Below, one piece after another: positions 1-13,344 of a stretch of 64,000 bases of DNA. Made by a program: the position numbers and the translations under genes. The stretch is taken from contig NC_058368.1 in assembly GCF_018350175.1 (NCBI RefSeq), forward strand, positions 229,960,001-230,024,000, read 5' to 3'. Below the pieces are notes generated by a model. It had not been told where the DNA came from, did not search any database, and saw nothing but the letters and a program-made list of their open reading frames with translations. How positions within the stretch are numbered: position 1 is the first letter of the stretch; the number at the start of each line of letters is the position of its first letter. The stretch comes from Felis catus. Its lineage: Eukaryota.

Positions 1-182
1 AGGGGACCTTTAGAAACAAGAAAGGCAAAGAGATAGAGCCTCCTCCAGAGCCTTGAGGTCCCAGCACTGCTGGTGCTTTGACATTAGCTCATTGAAGCTG
101 ATTTTGGGCTTACAACCTCCAGCTCATACAGTGTATTAAGCCACTGTGGTAATTTATTACAGCAGCAATAGCAACTAATACA
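1..182 (+). mobile_element. MaLR LTR 3' part (MLT1C/D-like)
   Basis: Ends with the MLT1-type terminus ...taagccactgtggtaatttattacagcagcaatagcaactaataca; cut by window start. Confidence 0.75.
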
Positions 183-279
183 TCAAGCAAAGCAAAATTT
201 CGAGCTGTGACAGTGTCTATAGAGAGAAGATGGTTTTTGGCATCAAAGACTTCATAATCTAGAAGTAAAAAATATGCAT

Positions 280-950
280 AATTATAGGACAAGATAAATT
301 GGTCATAATTGAGGTACAAAGAATGTGCTGTTCTGGTGCAAAGGAAGGAATAGCAATATCCTGTTAGAAAGATCAAAAAAGCCTATTAGAATATTTACAA
401 TTTAAAGGAGGCATTGAAGGACACATGGTGTTTGGATGCACGGAGATGAGTTGAGGGAAATTCAGGCAATAGAAACAGCTTGCATGAGAGAAAGACGGCA
501 GAGAATATGAAGTGCATTTGGAAAAGACTTGTTTATCCTGAATGTTGAATGCAGTGAAATTAATCGAAATGAACTCAGTGATATGAGTTTGGTAAAGTAT
601 ACTGGGCCAGATGACAAAGGATCGTGACTGACAGCCATCTAGTGATTCCCACGGCTCAGGAGCCCATAAAACATCGCTGAAGTTTGTGACCAGGCACTGA
701 GGGGATAGAGCTCTTTCTTTGCTTTAGAAAGCAAACCTCGGTGTATCATATGGTATGTACTTGGTTAGAGAGCAGTTGGGTTGGAGGCAGGAAAACAAAG
801 CAGGTGTTTTGTCAGTCTAGGTTAGAGAGAGCTAGAGCATGAAGAAGGCTGGTAGCAGAGGAAATAAAAACCAAAGGAACATCTTAGAGGTATTTTGGAA
901 GTAGGAGTCACAGCAGTGTAATGGAAGGCCAGAGTTGAAGGGGTTGGTAT
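280..950 (-). mobile_element. Ancient L2 LINE fragment
   Basis: Purine-rich degenerate sequence resembling antisense L2; very diverged, boundaries approximate. Confidence 0.45.
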
Positions 951-1479
951 GTGAGAGTCTAGAACAGATCCGGGTGCAGGAAGTAGAAAGGCTGCTAAGA
1001 GTGTGGAAAGAAAGGGATCACTGGATTAGCCCATTTGACTGCAACCACCAGAACAACTATTTCAAAGTCTAGACCTAAAGCTTTGGGTTGTGGCTAAAGT
1101 TATTAGCCCCTGAGAGAGTGAGGTTCTACCTGGATGAAAAGTCCCTGACTTCATTACAGACTTTTTTACAGAGATTCCTGCTACTAATATAATCCAGCAT
1201 AATTGACCTAAAGGTGGTATGTATATGAGACTACAGTTAATTGCTTTTCTTTAATTATGACAAAAATGGGAAGTGTCATTAGTTTGAATTCCCATGTTTT
1301 GGGCTTCATAGTGCTTAGCAGAAGGCCTGGCCCATAGTAGATACTCGACAAATACTATCTAAATTGATTGAAAAGTAATTTGTCTGTAGTAGAAATATGG
1401 TGTTTGTACAGCCTCTTAGTGTGGTTCTGTTGGGATGGTTGATTCATCTTCAAGGGTATGGAGGTGACTCATGAATAGC

Positions 1480-2210
1480 CAGTCGAGGGCCTCATCTCCC
1501 TGACCACAGGGTTTAGTTCCTGGATGGGCATCATTCCAGGAAAGGCCAATCAGAGTGCCTCCATGGAATGTGATATAAGGATACTGAGCAGCCAGAGCCA
1601 TAGACCAAACGTTTGTATGCTCTGCAAAATTTATATGTTCAAACCTAATCCTTGGTGTAATAGCATTTGGAGGTGGAGCCTTTGGGAGGTGAGTAGGCCA
1701 TGAGATAGAGCCCTCACGAATGGGATTAGTACCCCTATAAAAGTATCCACACAGATCCCTCACCCGTTCCATCATGGAAGGACCCAGTGAGAAGGTACCA
1801 GCCGTGAAACAGGAAGAGGGCTCTCACCGTAGCCTGACCTTGCCGGCACCTTGATCTTGGGTATCCCAGACATCAGAACTGTGAGAAATGAGTTTATGTT
1901 TGTTTTTAAACCACCCAGTCTCTTCCTCTGGGAACTCAAACTTTTAGAATGAGGTAATCCCAGAACCATCGGTGAACATCTTGCCTCTGTGTGGAAGATA
2001 CCTGGAATGGATGTATCTGTCAGTGTGACCAAGCCCAGAAGAGAAGTGGTAGTGAGGGATTGTGGGGAAGGAGGAGCACACCCACATTGCTCCTTTGCTC
2101 CTGGAGGCAGCTGTGCCTGTAATTCACGTACTCTGGACTTCGCATTTCCATGAGCCAGTAAATTTTACTTTCTTCCTTACATTAAGCTATAACTTGCCAC
2201 AGTCTTACCC
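1480..2210 (+). mobile_element. Old MaLR LTR (MLT1J/K-like) interrupted by a younger MLT1A-like LTR
   Basis: Motifs ggccaatcagag (1546) and ccatgagccagtaaatt...taagct (2149-2188) flank the nested LTR. Confidence 0.5.
1597..1925 (+). mobile_element. MaLR solo LTR (MLT1A/MLT1A0-like)
   Basis: Characteristic aaaatttatatgttcaaacctaatcc, ggaggtggagcctttgggaggtga, atgggattagt, ggcaccttgatcttgg, cagaactgtgagaaat. Confidence 0.85.
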
Positions 2211-3214
2211 ACAGTATGTTAAAAGAGTGTTCGTTACTTTAACTAAAGAAAGAATAGCCTTAGCTCTTCTCATGATCCGCATGGTTTGCATTATTTTAGC
2301 CAGATTAATTTGTAGGGCAGTTGCAAAGGACACAGAAACTCATGTCAAATGTAATCCACTTGCTCATATCAGAAGTCAGTAGTGCTAGAGGGCTTTGTCT
2401 TAATATTTAATTTCCTAACTGAGGCTGATGATTGTTATAGCATTAACAATACTCCTTATTTTGTTTGAAATCTTTCAAAGCCTCTGCCATGCACACTGTG
2501 GCCTCCTGAGCTGTCCAGATGAAGGATTGCTAGTTGGAGAATTTTCTTTTAACTCAGCTCAGCAGAGCCCCATAGCTCTAGCCAATTGTATTATTGTAAA
2601 ATACAGTCGTGAGGTTCTGAAGTCACCACTCAGAAAACCCAATGTCTTCTTGACAGATAATGGGTTTGTTAAACTGCAGCTGTTTGATTAGTAAGTGAAT
2701 GAGCATTCCTGCCAGAGTAGGAGGTAACTCCGGGTCAGCCTACAGAGGATTGATCTGATATGTGAGTTTTCTAAAATATCTATCCAGACTATTCTCCTGA
2801 CAGTGAAGGGAAATCTGACGTTACAGATTTGCTCAAGTAATGTACGAATGTTTATTGTCAAAGTTCTGATCTGATATTTGTTAATTCTCCAATGGTCTGC
2901 CATAGAGTGGATGTTTTTCCTGCTATGATAAGGAAATCTTTCCCCTCTTTTTAGTTTACTACCTATTCTTGGATGTTGGACCAGAGTAATATGTTGAAAG
3001 TGTAGACAATAAGGACAAAGGCACATTTTGAAAATCAGTAAGATCCGTACAGCCTCCTGCTCAAAACTTCCTGGTTCAGATTAACTTGACCTTTGCCCCA
3101 TATCTGGACTTCTTGGAAAGGCCAATAGCGTCATTGGATAATTTCGGTGTTTTGTGAGGAAACTACACCCATGATCAAATAGAATTACTTGTATGTTCTT
3201 TTTTAACATTATAA

Positions 3215-3415
3215 AAATTAAGTTTATTTATTTATTTTGAGAGACAGAGAGAGAGAGAGAGAGCGCACAAGCAGAGGAGAGGCAGAGAAAAGAGACAGAA
3301 TCCCAAGCAGGCTCTGTGCCATTAGCACAGAGCCCGACATGGGGCTCAAACTGACAAACTGTGACATCATGACCTGAGCCCAGATCAACAATCAGATGCC
3401 CAATTGACTGCATCC
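3215..3415 (-). mobile_element. CanSINE (tRNA-derived carnivore SINE)
   Basis: Antisense tail tttatttatttattttgagag, (GA)n, gaatcccaagcaggctc, catgacctgagc. Confidence 0.9.
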
Positions 3416-4716
3416 CTCTTTTTCATATTTTTGATATTTTTTCATATTTTCATTTTTTGGACAATAGCAACAAAAGGAAAAAAACAAAAAACCAAAAAAA
3501 AACTTGAATATGTATATTTGCATAAGACTGCATGTACACTTTTTAATTGCCCACATTTCTTAAATACATTATTAGACATCAGAGGTTTAAATATTTCTAC
3601 TCAAAAACATTTCCTTTTTTGCCTCTTAATGGGTGTTCATCTTAACCTCTGCCTCAAGGGAATGGCAATCACAGTATAGTCTGTCTGATGTTGCTCTACT
3701 GGAAAAACCACTACAAAGCAAAAAAGCAGACATAGAATCAGTTAGTCAAATCAGTAGAGAAATGAAATGGAGATTGGCTTACAACGGAAGCAACTAATTG
3801 AGCACCAAGTTTTGAATTACCTTTTAGAGAGAAAGAGATAGTTTTGAGAAAGTGAAATGTTGGTGAAATGAATACCATTTCCTGATTGTATATTAATTCA
3901 CACAAAAGGAAAACAAATTCCGTATTAATCAGAGTTGTACCTTTCATAAGAAATGCTTTGGGATTAAGAATCAGAAGTCAAGAATAGTAGATAATCAGCA
4001 GAGAACCATTAATAGAAAACATTAAGAGAACATAAAATACAATTTATCTGTATTAAAGAGGAATGGCTCGAGCCTTCTAACGCTGACAGGAAAGCTCTGT
4101 GAAGGAATGATACAATATGGCACAGACTCATTTGGGATTGAATGTTTTTTTCCTGTAGTAAAAAGCAAAGCTTGGAAAGACTTGAAAGATGTACATCTTG
4201 TTTTCTTTCACTTTTTGGGAGCATCGCAGGGGAGCCTCCCAGGACCGTTTGGACAGTTTAGTATAATAATTGTTGTTCTAAAACTTCAGAGACTTACATT
4301 ACTCGTCAATACTCATCCATTCTCAGGGTGTGAGCCCCTCACTGCTGTATTGAATCACATCATTTCTTCTCACTCTTCTGAACTCTGGTCCCCTATCATC
4401 TGGGGCTCTAAACCCTCAGGATTGACGTCGCTGAGGACGTGGGAACCATTTATTTTGCCACCATATTTTATGACTCTCCAAGAATTTCCCACCTCTTCTC
4501 AGTAACTGTGACCCGCTTGAGAGGAACACAGCGATGGTGACAATATTAAGCCGTGATGTACACTTCTTGCCACATCTGATAAAGCCTGTCTCTTTAGAAA
4601 GCATGCCACTGTATAAAGCTGTCTTTATACCTGAAAGGCAATAGAGAAAAAAGGGAAATGATACAGAAACAATTGAAAAATGTTATAGATACATAGGACT
4701 TCCATTCTTTTTAAAA

Positions 4717-4725
<9 letters not shown>

Positions 4726-4747
<22 letters not shown>

Positions 4748-4750
4748 TAT
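4726..4750. repeat. (TA)n microsatellite after an A-run
   Basis: Direct reading. Confidence 0.9.
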
Positions 4751-4834
4751 TTAATGGATCTATGAGTATTTCATTCACAGGGAAAAGTTTTGGTTGTGGC
4801 TACATCAACAGTCTCTTAGAAATCAGTGTCATTA

Positions 4835-5063
4835 GGGGCACCTGGGTGGCGCAGTCGGTTAAGCGTCCGACTTTAGCCAGGTCACGATCTCGCGGTCCGT
4901 GAGTTCGAGCCCCGCGTCAGGTTCTGGGCTGATGGCTCAGAGCCTGGAGCCTGTTTCCGATTCTGTGTCTCCCTCTCTCTCTGCCCCTCCCCCGTTCATG
5001 CTCTGTCTCTGTCCCAAAAATAAATAAACATTGAAAAAAAAATTTAAAAAAAAAATAAAAAAA
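4835..5063 (+). mobile_element. Young felid CanSINE (SINEC_Fc-type)
   Basis: Head ggggcacctgggtggcgcagtcggttaagcg, B-box gagttcgagccc, CT tract, A tail; TSD agaaatcagtgtcatta (4818-4834) / agaaatcaatctcatta (5064-5080). Confidence 0.97.
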
Positions 5064-5100
5064 AGAAATCAATCTCATTAAAAAAATCTCTTCAGGGTCA

Positions 5101-5304
5101 GAACGCCTGGGTGGCTCAGTCAGATAAGCATCCAACTTCGGCTCAGGTCCATGAAGTCCATGAGTTCCAGCCCTGCGTCAGACTCTGTGCTAATAGCTTG
5201 GAGCCTGGAGCCTGCTTCAGATTCTGTGACTCCCTCTCATGTTTGCGCACACGCTCTCTCCCTCTCTCTCTCCTTAAACATTAAAAAAATTAAAACAAAC
5301 AAAC
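5101..5304 (+). mobile_element. CanSINE
   Basis: SINE body; TSD aaatctcttcagggtca (5084-5100) / aaacctcttcagggtca (5305-5321). Confidence 0.95.
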
Positions 5305-6161
5305 AAACCTCTTCAGGGTCACCTCTGGTTTGGACTGACAAATGCAAAATGCAGGTGAAGAAGGAATTTAAAAACAGAGAGATAAAAATGGGAGGGGGCA
5401 TGGTTATGCAGAGGGGTGAGAGGAAGGTGGGGCTCTGGAGCAATGAGAACTGACTTCCCCAGTAGTTCTTGTACCCCTGGTTTCCCTCCCTTCTGTCCGT
5501 CCCACGCCCTTGGACCCAAAATGTCTGTTCTCGCCTGAAACACAGGCTCTATTTAGATAAGTCTCTCCTGTCCATGCCAGTGGATGCTTCGAAACTGGGA
5601 TAACAAAATTAAAACAGTGGCTGGGGTGGGTACTGTGAAAAGTTTCTATCCTGCTACACTTCATTGTACCTGATTGGTTAATTTCCCGTTTCAAGTAGGA
5701 GTATAGAAGATCAAGTGCTCCTCCTCCTCCTTCTTTTTTTAGTAAATGCTATATTTCCTCCAGTTCTCTGTCTTACAGAATAGTTCCATCTGCAGTCTTA
5801 CTTTGAATATTTGAATCAACTCAAACATTCTGCTTTCTTTAGAAAGAACTTAATGAAACTTGACCCATGTTGTGTCAAATAGACTCTTTCTAAACACGCA
5901 CTATAGTTTTGAAAGCTAATGGATTGTTTCATTAGGAAAAAAAAAGCTCGAGATATTATTTCACTTTAAAATCTACTGGTGTACCTTATCTTATGTCTGG
6001 TATTCAAAAGATGCTCAGAATCAACACCTAGACGAACCGACTTGTATAGTCGTTTGGGACTTGAAGAGACATTTACTCATTTTAATTCACAGATGACTTT
6101 TTCTGCTAATTAGATACATCTATTTCCCAAACATCTGTGAATAAATATGAATTCATTTTTT

Positions 6162-6371
6162 GTTTACTTTTTAACGTTTATTTATTTTTGAGACAGAGAC
6201 AGAGCATGAACGGGGGAGGGGCAGAGAGAGAGGGAGACACAGAATCGGAAGCAGGCTCCAGGCTCTAAGCCATCAGCCCAGAGCCGGACGCGGGGCTCAA
6301 ACTCACAGACGGCAAGATGGTGACCTGAGTCGAAGTCGGATGCTTAACCGACTGATCCACCCAGGTGCCCC
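6162..6371 (-). mobile_element. Felid CanSINE
   Basis: Full antisense SINE; TSD tgaattcatttttt (6148-6161 / 6372-6385). Confidence 0.97.
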
Positions 6372-6592
6372 TGAATTCATTTTTTTTTAATGGAAATGAA
6401 TATGCTCAGGTCTGGTCGATACAGTTCAACTTGAGTTGTTCTTCCCCAGATCTGGAACTTACTCGGTCATAATTATGGTCTGTGGAGACACACAAAACAA
6501 AAACCTTGCCCCTGAGCCAGCACCTGGGACACTTCTGTGGTTCTGATTTAGGAATTGTGTTGATCAACGATAGAGCCTCTACCTAACATCAA

Positions 6593-6594
<2 letters not shown>

Positions 6595-6633
<39 letters not shown>
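6595..6633. repeat. (TG)n microsatellite
   Basis: Direct reading. Confidence 0.95.
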
Positions 6634-6636
<3 letters not shown>

Positions 6637-8779
6637 ATATCCCATTATCTTTCTATCTGAAGTTATGAAAACTGCCCTGCATAAAGTGTCACTGCACTTT
6701 TAATGTAACCATCAGCTAAATTCCTAGTATTGAATAAGTAAATCAGCATGCTAAATATCCACCCAAATTCTTGATGCTTCTGGCTGGAGGCCATTACAAA
6801 ACTTCCAAAACAATAAAAACACAGCCTTCAGAATAAGATTTTAAAATACGAGAAAAAGAAGATTGGACTGAATTCCCAAATGTGAAGCAGCAGCATCCCA
6901 ACTTAATTTTAACTCATAAAAATGAAAGCATCTGCATAATTATTTACTGCAATTTGAAATAAGTCTTTGCTCAACGTTTGCAATAGCTTTTCAAAAAAAA
7001 AAAAAAAGACTGCAAAAGCCACAAACGTGCATTTGTAAACAGTGACATTTATATCTGTATCTTTCTCTATATATAGTGAGGACTCTATCTATAAACAGAG
7101 AGATAAATATATAGAGAGAGATAACTACAGACAGTAAAAATCAACAGCAAGAAGCTTCTGTACTCCTTCTTCCTACTCTGCTGGGAAAATCAGATTGATC
7201 CTGTATACTGTGGACTGCATCAAAATTCCAGACTTCTTGGAAAATTTGGAAAGGGTAACGTGTTCCCAGGACCAAAGTCCTAGATTTCCCGATTGCATAA
7301 CCTGAGAAGCTTGAGGTAATCATGTAAAACATTAGAAGAGATTCAGCTTTATTTTGCATCCCAGATTTGTGGACTTGGTGTCAGTTTCAGAGAAATCAGA
7401 TTCTCTGAGTTTGCAAGGAAGAATTCGTTCACTTTACATTACAAAAGAGTAGTTAAGACTCTTAAGTGTTTGCCTTCTTTTGTAACAGCCAGAGCAGGCC
7501 TTGCAGTGTCTCTGGCTCTGCTGCTCAGATGCAGAAGAAAACAATTCCAATAACGAAGCACAATTAGCTGCATTTTGTGGTTGAATCACAGTGCACTTTT
7601 ATTTGTACCCAAACATATTCCTCCAACTTAATCTGGGGAAAACTTAAACTTTGTTTATTTTGTAGTCTCTATTGAAATAATTCCATCTATGAAAATTGTT
7701 TCTCAAACTTCCCCTCCAAAGGGTATAGTGATTTTTCTAGGCAAAAGCTGTTCTTTCCTTCGTCTTTGTCCTGGTCTTAAAGTACTTGTCCTGTTCTGGT
7801 CGTCTAGCCTTTGTCTTCCCTTCTGGGCTGATAAAAGCCTGTGGATTCGGGATGTTCCTTCTAGAATGACATAGCCCTAGACCAGGGTGCATAGCTTAGC
7901 CAGCGTAGTGAGGGTCAGATCTCAGTCTCTTATTACCTCTTCTTTCATTTGCTTTTTTGGCAGTGCGCAAACTGTGCAGCTGGACCTGGAGGCTATGATT
8001 TCATTTCAAGTTGCAATTTGTGCACATGCCTTTATCTCCCTAAACTTTAGGTTTGGGACTTACCTCACCTCTTTCATCACCATCCTTCTATAGTACAAAT
8101 TCAGTGTTTGAAGTAAATTTAATAATCATGGTCACTGCGTACAGGTATGGTGAAGAGCTCAGATCTTTGAAAACATGTTTATATTTCTTTGCTCATAATA
8201 CATGTGATTTCCAAGTGGTGATTATCTAGGAAAATATGCTTCATTTTGTTTTCTTCTGACCTATTTCAGCTGTTACATCTTAAGCTTGACACTGTATTTG
8301 TGAGGCATGAGGGTAACTGGTCCATTTGGGAAGACAAAGCAAAAGGATTTAGCCAGGGTTAGGCAGTGAGGTGGAGGGAATTGACTGGGAGAGTCCTCTT
8401 GTCACTTAGCTGGTCCCTGAATCCACTTTTTCCTCAGTTCTCAATTTCGCATAAATGTTAAGATAGAGAAAAGAAATAGTGGATACTTTTTATTTAACAT
8501 ATGTGCAGTTATGTAAATTTTCCCTTGTGGAATGTTAAAACTATCCAGGAAATAGCCATGTAATATCACATATAGCATTAAAATATAAAACCAAATTACA
8601 ACTCTTGAAAAGAAAGAAAGTCTTTACATCACTTAGTCTATTTCCCTCTCAAGTGAAATAACTGAAGACAGCAACATTCTGTTTGTGGAAATGTATTAAG
8701 AATGACACATGGTCTTGGGAGTTCTATGTGTATTAGGTGACTGGCTGCATGCTATACAGAGAAATCGAGATCAACCTGT

Positions 8780-8930
8780 ATGAGAATTCTTTAATGTAGC
8801 TATCATTATGCTAACTCTAGCAATGAAGCAACTCGGAATAGCTCGCTCACCATCTTGTAGCTGCTAAGTAGTGAAGCTGAGATTCACAGGCTAAGATCAC
8901 AGCCAGCCCATGTTCTCATTATCATATTTG
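8780..8930 (-). mobile_element. MIR fragment
   Basis: caatgaagcaactcggaa...gctaagtagtgaagctgagattc resembles the antisense MIR core. Confidence 0.45.
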
Positions 8931-9007
8931 TAAGCTATATAATTTCACTATTGAGCCCTAGACTAAGGTACCATATGCACAATAAGAAATACAAACTCAA
9001 CAATGAC

Positions 9008-9171
9008 AGGGGAACCTGTTTGGCTCTGTGGGTTGAGCACCCAACTCTTGATTTCAGCTGGGATCATGATCCCAGGGTCATGGGATCAAGCCCTGTGTCA
9101 GGCTCCATGCAGGGTCTGGAGCCTGCTTAGGATTATTTCTCCATCTCCCACTGCCCCCCCCCAATTTTGCA

Positions 9172-9215
<44 letters not shown>

Positions 9216-9242
9216 ATAAATAAATAAAAATTAAAAAAAAAT
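9008..9242 (+). mobile_element. CanSINE (older, diverged)
   Basis: Degenerate head, long (CT)n 9176-9212, aaaataaataaataaa tail. Confidence 0.9.
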
Positions 9243-9247
9243 CTAAA

Positions 9248-9462
9248 GGGCATCTGGATGGCTCAGTCTGTTAAGCCTCTGGATTTCAGCTCAGGTGATC
9301 TCATGGTTCATGAGTTTGAACCCCGCATTGGGCTCTGTGCTGGAAGTGTGGAGATTGCTTGAGATTCTCTCTCTCCCTCTCTCTTTCCCTCCCCAGCTCT
9401 CTCTTTCTGTCTCTTTCAAAGTAAATACATGAACTTAAAAACAAAACAAAACAAAACAAAAA
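9248..9462 (+). mobile_element. CanSINE tandem to the previous copy
   Basis: gggcatctggatggctcagtctgttaag head, (AAAAC)n tail. Confidence 0.9.
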
Positions 9463-10591
9463 ACCTTGATGACATTAGTTATTAAGAAGCAATCTGTTAG
9501 ATTAATTTCCAATTCACCCTCATATTCCTCATCTAAAGTGGGCCAATGCTTGCATATTAGAAAACCAGGTGACATCAAATATAAACACTTTAGTGATTTT
9601 TCATCCATACGAGCCATTCCTTTAATTGGGGTTTTTCCTTCAAAGCAATGATTTCACCATGCAATTAATTTGCTTTCAGTCTACAATTACACATTTAATC
9701 CTGCAATGAAGAACGACTTCATACTTCATTCCCTGAACAAGATCTTTTGGAGCAGTTCATTCTGTGGAGAATGGGAAACTAAGTTGTCAATTCCAGTTTT
9801 GCCGATAAGTATCCATGGGGGGAAATAGCAAGTCAAATGAATTAGAGCTGATAATTTTGTTGAAAATGATCTCAGCCATCTGAGACTCAGGAAATGAGCA
9901 AATGTTTTTCAGTGATAATTTTTTTAAATTCATTCATGAGTTTATGTTATGAAACTTAAGGGAATGTATCTATTTTTATTTTTCAAACATCTCCTTAATA
10001 CAATCAGTCCTGAAAATTGTTTTTTAATTCCTCTCAAAGTATGAGAAAGAAATAATCTTTCTCTTCAAACACTGTTTTGACAATAATATGTGCAGAAGTA
10101 TTTGATAGACATATGACATTTTGAATAAAGATATTAATGTTAGCAACCAATTTCTATTATTAAGGAACAGCATTTTCTTTAGCAACTTCAACTGAGGCAT
10201 TCAGATCTGAATGAATTTCAAGACTAAACCTTTTTAATTAACTACTCTGTCGCTTTGAGATATGTTGGCAGCTAATGTATTTGAAGAAGGAACAGCATCT
10301 GGTCTTGAGATGGTTTCTACCTTCTTGGCTCACTAAGAAATGTTTCTTTGGAATGCTGCCAATCAAATTTTCTGTACCATCATTAAAATTAATTCCACAA
10401 TCTAGTATAATTCAAGGACACAACAATTTAAGTTATTTAATGTTACTAGCAATGAATATAGTGGTAAAAAAGAGAGTATTTTAAAATATTATTATTCTAC
10501 ATATGCAATATGTTATAATTATTTTCTTATTTTTTCCAGGTCAAATTCTGACTCCTTTTTGGTTTATTTCATTAGAAATAATATTTGTTTG

Positions 10592-10733
10592 GGGGCACCT
10601 GGGTGGCTCAGTTGGTTAAGCATCTGACTCTTGATTTCAGCCCAGTTCATGATCTCACAGTTCATAGGATCAAGCCCTACATTAGGCTCTGTGTTGACAG
10701 TGTGGAACTTGCCTGGGATTCTCTGTCTCCCTT

Positions 10734-10768
<35 letters not shown>

Positions 10769-10778
10769 ATATTAAAAA
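10592..10778 (+). mobile_element. CanSINE
   Basis: ggggcacctgggtggctcagttggttaag head, (CT)n, A-rich end. Confidence 0.93.
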
Positions 10779-12974
10779 TGCCACATAATCTTTGATTTAT
10801 ACAGAGTCTTTGAATTAAATATACGTGTTTTAAGACTTTGTGCAAGTTTAAAATTTGGCTTTATTCTCCTATTTCTAAATATGGTACTAGACTATAATAT
10901 TTTAGGATAGTAATTAATTAAGAATAATTTTTATCTGTGTTAAGTGAAAATACATGTTACACATAAACACATACAATATTAATTCATGGTATTAGGAGTA
11001 CATCATATTTCAGTTGTTTTTCTGATTGTTATTATAACGGAATAGACCATTATATTTTCCAGAAATAGATATCTTTCTTCCAGTAATATCTTTGCTGTAC
11101 CTGTTAAGCAACTTACTTGTTTGACAGGTTGTGTGTATTAAAGTATCAGTGGCAAATAGGAATAGAAACTCAGGTTCATAGTTGGATATTTTCTCTTTAA
11201 TGGGAAAATGTGATTCTCTTTGTATTATAGATTAATCTATAGACAGAGAACATTAGGATAGTGGAGAACATTAGGATAATCTGATTGTTTTAAAGTTCAT
11301 ATTTCAAATCAATTATGTAGACATATTTTCTACAATGACGTTACCACTTCATTTCCAGAAAGTCCAAATGCATGGGAGGCCATCTGCAATGAGTTGGGTG
11401 TGTGTGTGATGTGTTTGAGTCTTGCCTTAATTAAGAACCAGATTTGAGACATTTCTTTAAAATGAAAATGTTAAAACCAGCTAGGTATAATTTGGTGCCT
11501 TTGTCACTGCTATAATTCCCTTTAACTCATGCCTTAATCAAATCCTGGTCTTGACATAATGCCCCAGCGTTTTCCTTCTCAAGTAAGTCCAGACTGGAAA
11601 TATTTGGGCTAATTTATTTGTTTGGTGATGGCTTTTATCTAAGCAATTGTCTAGTAATCATGTTTAGGCTTGTAGAATGAATTAAAATAAAAGCCTTAAT
11701 TTGCTTTTCTTATTATCCACATCAATTAGAAGGACTTAACTCTTCACTCTGAACTTATTTTTTGCCTCCAAAAGGTAATAAGAAGAAAAGAAAAGTATGG
11801 TTTTTGTATCTCTGAACTAGAGATCTAAAATTCTTTCTTATTTGGTCTTTCAAATCAGAAGGAAGTAATTGCTTGCTAAAGAGGAGGGAAGCAGCTCTCT
11901 TTCCATTTTTAGTATCCATAATGAGTGACTTTCTTAATGGCCTGGCGAGGAAAAGTTTGCTGGCAAATTTAGATATGTACTTTTATAAAAATTCTCCTGT
12001 TTGCATATATTGAACAACACATAAAAATAATTTTGAAGTGGGGGGTGGTTCAAGGTGGCAACACAGGAAGACCCTGAACTCCTCTCCACCCATCGACACA
12101 CCAGATCCATAGCTATATATGGAATGGTTCCCACTGGAAAAATAGCTAAAACTAGCTGAACAGCTTCCACAACAAAGGATAAAAAGACATGCAGACAGGT
12201 AGGAGAGACAAAGATGTGGTCTTACCAAAACCCCACCCCTGTACAGCAACACACAACATGGGAGGATCTCATGGATCCCAGGCTTCTCCGTAGGGAGTGC
12301 AGGGTTCATGCCTACATGAGGCATCCCAGCCCTTGAGATCTGCATGGGACAGAGGAGTCTCCCAAATGTCTGGCTTTGGAAACCAATGGGCCTTACCTCC
12401 AGAGGACCTGGGGGGCTGTGGGGATCAGAGATACTCTTTTTTTAGTGGCATTCATATGGGCTTACTTATCCCAGAACCCAGCACAAAGGCAGTTTGATAG
12501 GTGACTGGATTATATGAGAAGGAGATTCATTTCCTAATGTTAAAGCATCTGTGGGAGGGGCAAGGACCAGCTGAGACTTTCTGCAGAGACAGAGATGCTG
12601 GTGAGTGCCATTTTTGCACTCTCCTTTACCTTGCTAGCACAGGTGGTTAGGCATGGACACAGACATACTAAAGCAATGGGTGTGCCCCTCCCCCAACAGT
12701 CTTCTGAACGGCTAAAGCTGAGGGAATACCCCACCTCTAGTGTGCAAGACAGCCTTCAGGCTTACCACACATCTAGATGCTACTCTAAGGAAACTTAGGC
12801 AGGGAGGTGCCATCTTTGTGCTCTACCTTGGCCTTGCCACAGCTTGCTGGTACCCCCCAGAGAGGGGCGAATACACTTGTCCAAATCCCTGATTCTTGCT
12901 ACTGTCTTCCAGGCGACAGAGACATCCATGTCTGATATGGAGGTCAGCAGGGTCTACAGTTGTGGTTCCACAGG

Positions 12975-12976
<2 letters not shown>

Positions 12977-13022
<46 letters not shown>
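12977..13022. repeat. (TG)n microsatellite inside the L1 5'UTR
   Basis: Direct reading. Confidence 0.95.
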
Positions 13023-13025
<3 letters not shown>

Positions 13026-13344
13026 TTATATTTGTATATATTATTTACTTATATTAAAAGCTGTTGCTTGAGGTTCTGGCTTCCGGTCAGCCTGAAACTA
13101 GGTGCTGTCTGAGATGACTCCCTTTAGAACACTGACAGGTCTTGGCACATCCTCAATAACTGGGACCTCAACAATTGGGAGAATAAATCAGCTACTTAAA
13201 CTATCACAAAAGTTTGAGAGACAACCAAAAGCTAGGGCAAGGGTGAATAATAAGGTTCATTTCCTACACAAGGCCATTTCTTGAAGACTGGGAGAGGTAG
13301 CTGTTTCACTAATACATAGAAGTAAACACACAGAGTCAGGCAAA

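Noticed and set aside
4835..4920. tRNA-like A/B boxes suggesting tRNA genes
   Set aside because: These are SINE heads followed by a CT tract, A tail and TSD.
8064..8087. Minus-strand 24-nt microexon candidate (tag|AAGGATGGTGATGAAAGAGGTGAG|gtaagt)
   Set aside because: Strong donor but weak pyrimidine tract, no recognisable peptide and no partner exons; expected by chance in 64 kb.
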